From Chrysomallon squamiferum (taxonomy: Eukaryota; Animalia; Mollusca), in assembly GCA_012295275.1 (NCBI GenBank), contig CM022665.1, positions 19,158,001-19,222,000 on the forward strand: 64,000 nt of DNA, written 5' to 3'. This document shows positions 13,081-24,640 of this stretch, piece by piece; within the stretch, counting starts at the first letter, position 1; every line of letters begins with the position of its first letter. Made by a program: the position numbers and the translations under genes. Below the pieces are notes generated by a model that was not told the origin of the DNA, searched no databases, and worked only from the letters and a program-made list of their open reading frames with translations.

Positions 13081-14409
13081 AGCTATATAATGTACACCAG
13101 TTCTTTACCAGTCCAATGCCATGCATTCAATGCCAACTTGCCAAGGTTTACCATTTAGCTGCTTTGTTCTTTTCACTCATCAGATTTTAAAAATAACTAT
13201 TAATATGCTTTGAAGGGCAGTGGTATTAAAATTTGGCTAGTCAGACTGTATTAAACAGTTAACTATGCTTCTGACTGATAAGAAATATGCATGCTTTTCA
13301 GATGCACAAAGTCTCACACACAAGCCTAGTGATGTCAACAGTAACATCACTGATGCAAAGTGAAGTGAAAATTCTAAATAATCACAATATCAGTGCATGT
13401 GACATACATGAACATTTGTTAAGTGCAGCATTAATGAATTTCTTGAATTGGTGTAAAATGGTTTACTTGCATACATCATTGTCAGCATCTCACCAAGAAT
13501 AAGACTATTGACATATTATTCTGAAAGGATGCACTGATGCTTGTTGTTATTATTAAATCAATAACACATTTAAATTGTGTAACAAATTTTAGTCGAACCT
13601 CAGATATAAAGCACGGCAAATCAAACTTGTTATTTGCATCCTTGAAAGAACATGTATATTAAGTATAATATAGCTTGAATGTCTGTTATGGTCTGTCTCT
13701 CTGTATAGGAATGTATCCATATCTATCAACCAGATTCATAAATTTATCTGCTGTCTTCATATCCACCTCTGTATCTATCAACTTATCTATCTATTTATCA
13801 GCTACCTACCTACCAGTTTATCTGTTTGCCAAAATACCTTACTAACTTCCTGCCTGCCAGTATATCTGAAGATCATTGTATGTACCCATCTAGCTATCTT
13901 TCTATCACAGTGATTTACAAAACAACTAATTATCTACCTACTACATAACATTCTATCTACATACCTTTCTACCTATTGCACCTACAATACTTGTCTAGCT
14001 ATCGATTTATATATCTAACAAGTAATCTGTGTATCATATTCATGTAGCTATCAATCAGTTTATCTGTTTATCTTTGTATTTTAATATAGATCTGTGCATT
14101 CATCAATCCCTTTATTTTTTATTGATGTTTAGCTACCTACTTCAGTATTTAGCTACTGTAATGTTTACCAACATCTACATTAAATGCCTACCTACCAACC
14201 TATTTATTTGCATGCCTATCTTACAACCTACAAAACTGTCTACTCATCTGTCTACCTACACACATTCATTGTCTATCTATCTATCTATTGTTCCTTCTCT
14301 TTTCTATGCTTTAATATGACCTGATATTTACATCTATAATTTCTAAAAATGTTTATAAAAAGTAGGTTAATCTATAGAATTATTATATTTATTTATTTAT
14401 TCATCTCTG

Positions 14410-14466
<57 letters not shown>

Positions 14467-14906
14467 AGGAGTCAGTACGTATATGTTATACCATTGATTC
14501 TGCTGGATATTATAAATGTTTGAAATTTATAAATACACACAACTTACAACTGATAATAAAATTAAAAAATAAATTTTGTTCTAATATCAGTTATTTTTCC
14601 AAGATTCTAACTTAAAATGTTTGATGGTGGATCAGATTACAAAATCAGAGAACAATAATAACAATGTGCCTGTTTGCCAAGACTGATGACTCATAACATT
14701 CTAGGTACAATTGCGTGATGTCATTACATACTGACTTGTAGAAAAAGGGAAATTAACAAGCTAAATCAATTCAAACAGTTTTTAAGGAGGTTCTAAATGA
14801 AAATTACACTGACAGCCATTCCCATTGAAAATGCCAACACTTCATCACAGTGTAGTTCAGATTTATTTATTTTGTTTAAATTTTATTTTTCTCCTTGTTT
14901 TAGTTT

Positions 14907-14951
<45 letters not shown>

Positions 14952-15240
14952 ACACACTCAGATTATATTGACACATAAAACACACCATAGCATACATAAA
15001 TCCAGACAAAAAATCCACACCAGATACAAAACCAAAACAAACCCCAGTCTCTGGACACAGAACAAACACAAAACACCACAGAATACACAGCATTATAATA
15101 TACAGCATACACAAAGAACACACACACACACACACATACATGGCAAAGAACACACAGGACAACACACACATACATAATAATAATAATAATAACACCATAT
15201 GATGATGATAATAATAAATAATAAATAATAATAATAATAA

Positions 15241-15274
<34 letters not shown>

Positions 15275-15882
15275 CTAACTAAATAAATAATAATAACAAA
15301 GAGTCAGAGAATAATAAACTGGCTGAAGATAACAATCCAGATTTAGCAGCAGCAGGAAAGAAAAAAGAAAACAGTTTAAACTGGACAGAAGTACAGATGT
15401 ACAGTTCTCTTCTTTGTTTCAGGTGCAGTGATTACAAATCTTATCTGTCATTTATTGATCTCTTTGTTTTAACAGTGTCAGTATTTCACTTACAAATGTT
15501 TTAAACATCCTATTTCATACATATGATTATTAAATCTTGTTTATAATATTACAGAACTGTTTTTTAGTTATGTGGATTTACAAATATTATTTCCTGTTAA
15601 TAAAATGATTTCAATATTATAGACATTAATACCAATCTTTTTTTCAGCATTATATATATATATATATATATGTTTGCATATATTGTATTTGTAAATATAT
15701 ATGGCATCATATCTGATGTTTACAATAAAATCCATTTTAACTGAGGTCATATTAGATATTTCATAATTCAGAAAATAATAATCTTTAACTTAATAATGAA
15801 TTAATATCTTTTCTTGGGAATGAGTAGTTTTAAACATAGAATTTTGTTTGCAGTAACATTGTATATGAGTTTGTGTCAGTTT

Positions 15883-16959
15883 GGGGTAAGTTGCAGCTAC
15901 CTAGCAGCCTTTGGCTTGGGAAGTTTCATGTTAGTCATTTTTAGAGCCTTTGGAACGTGTAGAATTGCGGATGGGGGGGCACATAATGGTCATCAGAACT
16001 ACAGTGAGATGCAGGCTATTTGTCAAATTTAGCATCTGCTGTTGAAGTTGATGGTAAAACAGGGAGACTATCAGTTGGAGGAATATCTCAAATGTATCTG
16101 CAGACATTATTTTACTGTTTCTAAATTTTATGATCAACAGCCATGCGGTCACCGACATTACCTGTTAATCGGTTTCCTCTTGCTCTGCCTCTGGCTTCCA
16201 ATCACTTGGTTCTGATGGAGTGAAGTCAATATTTGTAAAACATGCCCTTGATAAAAGGGAAAATGCACAACAATATATTCCTCAGAATCATAGCCGACAG
16301 GTGCACCATATTCACCATGCTTAAATGGGCAGTAAACAGCCCAGTCTAGGTGATGAGATGAGTGTGGAGACAATGTCTGCCTCACAATACCATTATCCCT
16401 AGCTGGGTCAACAACCTGTAATGTTAGGTGTGATTCATAGTTTTCTAGTCTGAGACTATGTTTAATGATGCTGTACGTGTATTGAATGAAGAGCTCGTCA
16501 TTGATCCACCAAGGTTTAGCTGCACAACCGATGCATCCACGTGGTGCTGCCCTGATGAAGTAGTTGAGATAGCCGACATGAGGAAATATGAACATGGGTG
16601 GTCCTATCGCACAACTTACCTCTTCATCACTGGCACAGCTTAGGTCAGTGCATACTTACTGATAGAGATGATGTGAAAACAACAGGTTACAATAATAGCT
16701 ACCTAACCTAGTTATCAGACACCACATATGATTTCAGGATAATCTCCAGAACGAGTTCAAAGGAAATTCACAGACTTCTCTGCCTAAGATCAACTTTATA
16801 CAGCAAAATGTATACTTTTAGGCAGAGCACCTTTGTTCTTTAGAAAAATCACATGTCCACTACATCAGTAAGAAATGTATGCTAACAATAATCAACAGAT
16901 GGCAGCACCTTTCAGTCATAACCACTCAGATAAATTACCCAGTAGCACAACTTAACCCC
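15883..16959 (-). mobile_element. Decayed pogo-family (DDE_1) DNA transposon with imperfect TIRs
   Basis: ORF 16158-16595 PPMFIFP...WINDELFIQY...LENYESHL...NGIV..LSPHSSHHLD..VY.PFK matches the DDE_1 pattern; TIRs GGGGTAAGTTGCAGCTAC (15883) and revcomp GGGGTTAAGTTGTGCTAC (16942-16959). Confidence 0.8.
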
Positions 16960-18074
16960 TCCTCCCCTTCAGTTATGTGTGTCTGATTATATTTAATTAC
17001 ATATGGCATTGAAAACTGAAAGTATATTATTGTTTACTTAAACTATATCTTCTGTAAAATCTTTAGTATCTTGTTCTCTGATAGCAGAAAGGAAAATATT
17101 TTTGTAAACAGTATTCTCTAAATGAAATAGTTGCAAATGTTTTTCATCACTCATGAGGTGTGGCTGTGAAAACAAGGCAAATCTTATGAAAGCTATAAAA
17201 TAAATTTGAAAAAACGTACCGATTTTAATTTGATATTTTTCTTTCTAATCTGTCATACGCGTTTATTCAGCGGTGGAAGCTGATATTAATAATAACGCAT
17301 TATAATAATTTTCCATGTTTTTAGCATCATCCTAATTTCTCAGTAAAATTTCTGATTGGCGAGTGTAGTTTTAATATTTATATAGTCAACTTAGATTTGA
17401 ATAAATATTCTGTTGTTTGTTTCTAGCATAAAAGTGGTCGTCATATGACGCAGAGCTGGTATTATTTGTTTATATTTTTTAATTATAAAATGCTTGGAAT
17501 AAGAGTAAACTGTGATAAGAATTTGTCATCTTAGACCAAAGATTTTCTGAAAAAAAAAACAACAACAAAAAAACGAATGTTCGGCTTGATCTAAACGTCG
17601 TCTTCCTTCTGTGTTTTTTTTTTTTTTTTTTTTTTTTTTTGGTTCATGGGAGGCTACACTTGTTTCATGTGAGAGTTCATTGTAAATAGTAATTGTTTCC
17701 CTTGATAATGGAAATTGGCATCCATACGTTATTAATAAAAAATAAAAGAAAAAAAGAACCGAATCAAACCAAAATATTAAAATAAATAAATAATAATAAT
17801 AATGATAATGGTGATGATAAGAAGAAGAAGAAAATAAAAGAAAAGAAAATGAATGCTTGGTAGCAAAAAGGTTTTATTATATTTTTACTATGTCTGATGA
17901 TCAAAAAATAAACGTAGTCCTATTATTTATTTATTTATTATATATATTAGATTTTTTTTTTTTTTTAAAAGACTAAACCTAGATGATTTTTTAACAAAAT
18001 ATTATTAAGAAAGACAATTTATTGGTGTCCGTTTCTATTGCGCCGACACTGAATTGCTCGAATAATAATTAACG

Positions 18075-18445
18075 GATGCACGGCCATTGCTCACCGGATA
18101 GTAACTCACCGGACAATTGCTCACCAATAAAGTGAAAAATAGTGAAAAAAAATGTGTGGTAAGCACCAGTCAGTATATCAGGCGCTTCTTCAATGTGTAC
18201 TGGACAAGTGGTTGAATATGGTTTCTATCCAGATACAGAAGTAATGGGTACAGACTTTGAGAAGGCAGTTACACAAGCTGTTTCATCTGTTTTGGGGGTG
18301 CACGTGAGGACACAGAGTTGTTTCTATTATTTGTGACAGAGTACATGCAGAAAGATACAGGACCATAGACTAACTAAAGTGTATCAGTCGGAAAGGGATG
18401 TCAAAATGTTTGCAGGAATGATAATGGTCTGGTCTTTCTACCACG
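18075..18445 (+). mobile_element. Mutator-like (MULE) transposase fragment with short subterminal tandem repeats
   Basis: TDFEKAVTQAVSSVLG...CFYYL*QSTCRKIQ...MFAGM; repeated CTCACC-containing units at 18082-18125. Confidence 0.75.
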
Positions 18446-19180
18446 AAAAGGAGTGAAAGAGTGAGAAATAAAAGGATGGGTGATGTAGAAAAAGAATTAA
18501 ACACATAGACATTTTTTGTTTGTTTAATGTTTCATGTAAGAAGGAACCAGTAGAACTGATGCATCTGATGTTGACGATAAGGTAATTTCTTTAAAGTTAC
18601 TGTGCATATAACAGGTCCTCTACCTCTGCGTGTGCAGTAACCTCAGTGTGCTGTAGGGGTGAACATTCTTATGATGGCCAGTAACTGCACAGCTCCTCGT
18701 ATGAGGCGCCTTGTTTGACGTGAGGTGCGATCCTGTTGTTGAGTCACGGTTAATGTCTGTAATAGTACATTGCCACTGACAATACACTGCTTTGGCCTGG
18801 AGTTCATGTAGAAGCTTAAGAGGTAACAACCATCTTTTGTCTTTTTTCTTTTTTTAATTGTTTCTGTCGCTCTTGGACGGTGGCTTGGGTCACTTGGGTG
18901 TTTCCATATATATATTGCCTGAGTGTATCAACCAAGTATACCTGGCATGACTGCCTGGTGATTATTCACAGCAGCATGTCCCCCTGTTGGACTTGGTGGG
19001 GGCATGCTTGATGGATTCTGTAAACAAAATAAATTTAATAATAAAAAAATCTGAAATTACATTTTTTGAGTCCTCGCCAAGATTTTTAATTTTCAGTTCT
19101 TCTGTTCACGGAGCCTTGGCCAAACTTTCGCCATTTTCAGTTCAGAAGGTTACATGATGAGAACCGAAAACTGCAAAAAT

Positions 19181-19259
19181 GAAATGATTCCAACGAATAC
19201 ACTGATCCTCAGATCTAACAAGCTATCTCTTCCGCAATCAATCAAGGCCGGGTATCTTA
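19181..19259 (+). mobile_element. I/Nimb-clade LINE ORF1 (gag-like) fragment
   Basis: Reads EMIPTNTLILRSNKLSLPQSIKAGYL, resembling the PT.T.IL.F....LP..IK.GYL motif that precedes ORF1 zinc knuckles. Confidence 0.55.
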
Positions 19260-20242
19260 GTTTTTCAAAGTATATGGCCGTGCACAGTCAGCTTACAAAA
19301 ATAAGTTGATTTGTGCCCATTGTGGCTGATTAGAAAGCATGCATAATGGAGAAATAGGTTCAATGGGTAAGAGGTAAGAAACACTTGCAGTTTCAAGGAG
19401 CCAGGAAGTTGGTGGAAACAGACACATCTGATGTGGTAAGACAGTCTCATCCCGCAGCGGTCATGAGTTCTTTGAAAAAGTGTTGCAAGGAATCCTGATT
19501 TTACCTGCAATAAAATGAAACCAAATACAAAAGCTGTCAGACATTGTAAAGGCTGAAAAACAAGAAACAAATGCACTTCAGAAACATAAAGAAGCAGCCC
19601 AGATAAGAAAAGACATTATTGTTTCTAAAATGTAACAGACATCTGAACTGCAGCCAGTTAATTTTCCAAGAATGAAGGGTCCTAGCTCCAGTCACATATA
19701 AGGAATCAAGACATAAATTCGGATTTGATAGCATTTCAGCTTACAGAGTGTTATATTTTAATCATTTTCAGTGTAATAAGAATATACCCACCATAAAAAT
19801 AAAAATAAAAACACCCAAAAAACGAAAATGAAATAACGAAAAAGAAAACCCCAACAGAAACACAAACAAAATCCCAATAACAAATACGACGACAAAAAAT
19901 AATAATAATAAATTAAAAAAAAAATTAAAAATTAAATAATAATAATAACAATAAATAAATAAATAAATAATAAAAAATTAAAAATCTATTTTAATACTGT
20001 TACTTAAGAAGACGACAATAATGATAAAATTGTTTTTTCTTTTTGTTTGTTTGTTGTTTTTTTTCTCTGTTAAGCAAATGGTATTTTCAATATAAATTTT
20101 ATTTTCGTTGATTTTTCTTTTTATATAAGTTTTTCAATATTTTATCATTAATTTAATTAATTCAGTTCATTAAGGCTTCTATAATAATAATTATGATGAT
20201 GATGATGATGATGATGATGACGATGATGGTGATACATTTGTT

Positions 20243-20427
20243 TCTTATTTTGAAGAATTCGGCTAAAACTGAACATGCAGAAACATCACTCAGGCGTCTG
20301 AGGTTTATTTCTCTTTATTTAGATATAAGGTACTTAGGAAATTCTTCCAAGACACTTGCGACATTAATATATGTCACTGAGACTATCTTAAGGAATCTAG
20401 GATATCAACTGTCTGCCAGTATGTGTG

Positions 20428-20514
<87 letters not shown>

Positions 20515-21040
20515 TAATAATATGAAGAAGAATCTCTCTCACACACCCAGACACACAAGCAAACAATGACACATACACACCAACACTTAACATAAACAGA
20601 TATTAAAAATATCCCTCACACAAAAACTACACAAGTTCGATCTCGGTTCTATCTTTATTCTCTGTATCATTGTATAACATGATAGACAGTTATAGTACAA
20701 TGTTATCGATGATAATATTGTAATTACATTTCAGAGAATTGATCCAAACGTCTTTCTCCCTTGCCCGATATTTTCTCTTCGCTCTTGAACTATCTTTTAC
20801 CCCAGTCACACAGATAACATCTCACACCGTTGAACAATACTGACAGACAATTACGGTCCTGGGTTCCTTAAAATAGCGTCATTGGCAATATTTACAATAT
20901 ATTAATGTTCCAAGTATCTTGGTGGCATTGCCCAAGTACTTCAAGTATAAACAAAGAGAAAGAAACCTCAGACATATTAATGGTGTTTATGTATCTTTAC
21001 ATTATGCTTGATATTTTTAATTCAGTCCATCACAATAAGA
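20243..21040. mobile_element. Foldback/MITE-like element with long diverged inverted arms enclosing a (GA)n run
   Basis: 20281-20422 is a diverged reverse complement of 20837-20990 (e.g. GTCTGAGGTTT / AAACCTCAGAC, TTAAGGAA / TTCCTTAA); (GA)n at 20432-20511. Confidence 0.7.
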
Positions 21041-21193
21041 TATTCAGTTAAGTGCTGCTTACAAAAACAATTCATAATTGCACTTCTGAAGGAATGGCTT
21101 TCCACTGAGCAGTTCTATTATAAGTAGATGTATTTCTTATATATACCAGTGAAAATATCATTAGCTTTCAGTAGAAAGTTTGACTCTGTTCAT

Positions 21194-22060
21194 GATGGAA
21201 GTCATAACATGTAACAAAGGTGGTGAGGAGTTAATTTTCATCTACACTAAACAGATAACTAAGCCTCATAACATAAGGTGGCGATGTGTACAACGCACTA
21301 CTGATTGTAAGGCAACCAACTCTAAGCACAACCTTGGTTAATGATGATCAAAGTTAGTTACACTCATAATCATGATCCATCGGAGACAAAAGTCGCAGCT
21401 GTCAAGTGCTGTTCTCATATGAAGCAGCACGCCAAGCAAAGTTTCGACAAGCCAAGCCAGATAGTAACTGAAGCCATGAGTCAAACTGATGTCACTGCCA
21501 GGGTTGAACTTGGCAGGTAAGAGTCAGTAAAACGTACCCTATGTAACCAAAGACTTGGCTGCATCCGTCTTCAACCTGAGTCTCTCTTCGAAATCTCGTC
21601 ATCGAGGGAAAGTGGGCGCTGACAACGGGACCTGATCCTCAACAGTTCCTCGTCTACGACAACGGTTAAGTCGCCGCCTCAGTGATCATCATATCTGGTG
21701 CCAGTGACGTTCTGCAACATCTGTCAACTGCCAAGACCTGGTTCATGGATGAGAACCATGCTATTGCTCCTCCCGGGTTCCGCCAGCTGTGTGTCTTGTG
21801 GGGAACACTACGATAACCTGCTACATACTATTGTCAACAAGTGTTCCAAATTGCACCAGCTGATCCTACCACTGTAGTCACACACTTTGATGGCGACCCT
21901 TGATGGCGAACAGCGTACTAACAATCTCTGCGAGGCATAGAATCATAGAATTGAACATTTGTGTGGTGTTTCTCGTCCTTCTGTGTGGAAACTAATTCAC
22001 CGGCTTCAAGCAGATGCTGCCCAAGTCAGTACAACTCTCCTCAACGCTCTCCTCCTCGCA
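21194..22060 (+). mobile_element. Decayed FLYWCH-MULE transposase
   Basis: MEVITCNKGG..LIF.Y......IRWRCVQR..DCKAT (FLYWCH), WFMDENHAIAPPGFRQL (first catalytic D region), RTNNLCEA*NHR...PSVWKLI (E region); stops and frameshifts. Confidence 0.85.
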
Positions 22061-23439
22061 AACATAGCAATCGTGTAAACACCAGTGTCGTCGTCATCAG
22101 TTACGTGTGGACGTGATGTGATTCTAAAACTGTATTCTAAACAATATATAATGAAAATAACATGTGATGAAGGCCGATTCCTTTTGAAAACCCCATCTGA
22201 CTGATACAATGAAGAAGATACTAATTTGATTTATACATACAGATTAATTCAGTTTCCTCTCTGTCTTTGTGTATTTCTCTGTGAACACTTAATCTTCACT
22301 AATACCTACACTCTCATTTTTCACTGAATATTTAAATGTTCCTGATTTTCAAAACAGAATTTCGGTCTTGACGGAACATGTAATTCTAACTGAGAAGCTT
22401 GAATAAAACATTAATACAAAAGTTTTAATTTCTGACGGCTGGTACTATAGTCACTCATGAACAGACTTCGACACAATATGAATCTCTCAAATAATCCCTA
22501 TTTTCTGGATTATCACACTTAATTTTTATTGTTTGTATTTCATTTTGTACTTTGATTGTTGATGCACCAAATTGTATAACGCTTTGTTAACGTATAACAC
22601 TACGTCAAGGGAGGTGCTCTGGTGCTGTCTGGTCTGTGATGAAAATGAATTCAAAGGTCTGATTGAAATTACAGAAATCAGAGATAAACAAAACACAAAT
22701 GTAGAAGTTAGTTATCTGTAATGGTCTCGTTTTTCAGTTTATATTATATTGTCTAAATACATTATTAAGACCAAATAAAAATAATTATTCAACATTATAA
22801 TAACAAGTAAAAGCAATTCACTAAATAAATTTCTTTAAAGAATTCATTGCTGAAAAAGATTTAGAGATTATAATATTGAAAAAAAGTAATAATAAAATTT
22901 AAAAATATAATATTTTGTATGCATATCCGGAAGATATTACCAACAGTATTGTATTAGACAAATTGTGCATGCATGTTTAGAAAATGTAATAATTACCCTC
23001 AAGTGAGATTTGTTTTACTGTATTTAGCCATGTTAAATGTGGCTAAACACTTTTGCTTAGAAATGTCTATTTTATGATGTATGTTTTGCGGCAGTTCAAT
23101 GCACAGTCTCTAGAACTACCTAGGAACTACAAAAGAATTATTTTTCAGTGTTTGTATCATGATGACATTTGTTAATCGCATTCCCTCGTTTTTCGCTTTA
23201 ATTCTCCTGTTTTACTTGCAGCGGAATAACGTAACAGTTACGAATTTAAAGATTAGTTACATAAGGAAAAAAATTGTTATTGGTTTCGATTACCTCTGGA
23301 AAATATTGATATTTTTTTATATTTTTCATCTTTTGCAATCGATATATAGTTACAATAGTCTATAATGTGTTTGCGTGCAATAAGCAGTAACATGCCTTTT
23401 TTTTCAGTGCCTATTAAAACTGATTTTTAAACTGTCTAA

Positions 23440-24640
23440 CACTGGTGGCAAACTGCTTGAAGAGTTTATGTTGTTGGCATACACGCAGATATCTATGAAA
23501 GCAGTATTATTATAGTGTACTGGCTCAGATTGCGACTTGATTAGAAATATCTTGAGGTCATATTAAATAAACGAGGATAAATAGTAGAAAATTATTCATA
23601 ATAGATCAGTACTGGTATAACACTATGAAACTTCCTTCTGTTTTACATGTTCTTAACGTATGTATCAAATGTTTGTCTGTTGTTTTTTTTTTTTTTTTTT
23701 TTGCACAGTGGAATTCAGCATCCATCAATAGCAACTGAGCACTCTGTTCATATAAAAGAAAACTACGAAAATGTTAAATTTCTTCTAGAAACTATAAACT
23801 AGAACAGACAGGTCTGTAGCAATTTCAAAATGATTAACTTGTTCAAAGAACTGCAAAAGGCTTTGTTTGACTTTGGGACAGTCATGCTACATATAAACAC
23901 TACCAAAAAGACAATGACCTCAAAGAGAACAGTTTATTCAAGGTAACACAGAATGTAACGTTCCAGCCCTTGATAGAATCAGAGAAGGTCCTTACGTCTC
24001 CACTTGTATATCGGACTGGGGCTTGTTAGTTTATAAAGCACTGGACAAAGAAGACAAAGCCTTCAAAGACATTTACAAATTTGTTTCATATCTGTCAAAA
24101 ACAACAATTGAAGGAGGTGTGTTCACCGGATCAGATATTCGCAAAAGGTCTCACGTACGAGAATCTGAGGGATAAAAAATGACACAGAAGGAACAAAACG
24201 GTTGGAGGTCTGTTGAACATTTTCTTTGGAATAACAAACGCAGGAATTATTGGAAAAGTTGAAAAAAACGGATGTCTTTGAAGTTATATTTCCTCCATCC
24301 TCAGCTAAATTTTTTCAGTGAAAATATACGTGACATTAGTGAAGAATACAGTGAAAGATTTCACCAAGATATATCAACTATGAAAAGAAGATATCAAGGG
24401 AAATGCTACAGCAACAAGACGGATGACTCTATTAAACAATAAGTTTTACTGAACAAATGAACGAGGAAGACGCAAAAACAAATGTCGGCTACCGATTAAC
24501 GAGACTTGAAAGTACAGCATCTAATCGGTATTACCTCTCGACTACCGATTCTAAAATAAAAATATTTTCAAAACAAAAAAAAAAAACGAATGCAATGAAA
24601 GAAAATACAAAACAAAAACATTTTAGATCAGTCCATGAAA
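23440..24640 (+). mobile_element. Decayed Chapaev-like (CMC superfamily) DNA transposon
   Basis: Fragments KENYENVKFLLE, IEGGVFTGSDIRK, MSLKLYFLH..LNFFSENIRDISEEYSERFHQDISTMKRRYQGK; CACTG start at 23440. Family assignment is from recalled motifs; right boundary uncertain. Confidence 0.6.

Larger units (their letters stand above)
10251..17300 (-). other. Candidate unannotated spliced transcript (lncRNA/small-RNA host or small-ORF gene)
   Basis: Short minus-strand segments bounded by AG/GT: ~17300-17220 (donor gtacgt), 12749-12697, 10947-10904, 10751-10686 (weak acceptor), 10325-10251 (donor gtaagt); region is CpG-poor; CCAAT and TGACG motifs at 17.35-17.45 kb. No recognisable protein homology. 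Confidence 0.35.

Noticed and set aside
13040-13085. Hammerhead ribozyme on minus strand (CUGAUGA-A-GAAA-CGUU..AACG-UA)
   Set aside because: Helix III and a GUA triplet are present, but helix II is absent (1 nt) and helix I does not pair next to the core.
14678-14740. Plus-strand C/D-like motif (TGATGA...TGATGT...CTGA, CAAG/CTTG ends)
   Set aside because: Only about 51 nt between boxes, no D' box, no convincing guide, and opposite to the inferred transcript strand.
14797-15198. Overlapping ORFs on both strands
   Set aside because: Products of CA/TA-rich low-complexity sequence, like most short ORFs in the track.
15295-15505. Protein-like plus-strand stretch NKESENNKLAEDNNPDLAAAGKKK
   Set aside because: No splice acceptor or start, abuts an (AAT)n run, no recognisable homology.
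16892-16907. CTCF-like motif TCAACAGATGGCAGCA (also a weaker one near 41438)
   Set aside because: Single short motif inside a transposon remnant; function cannot be inferred from sequence.
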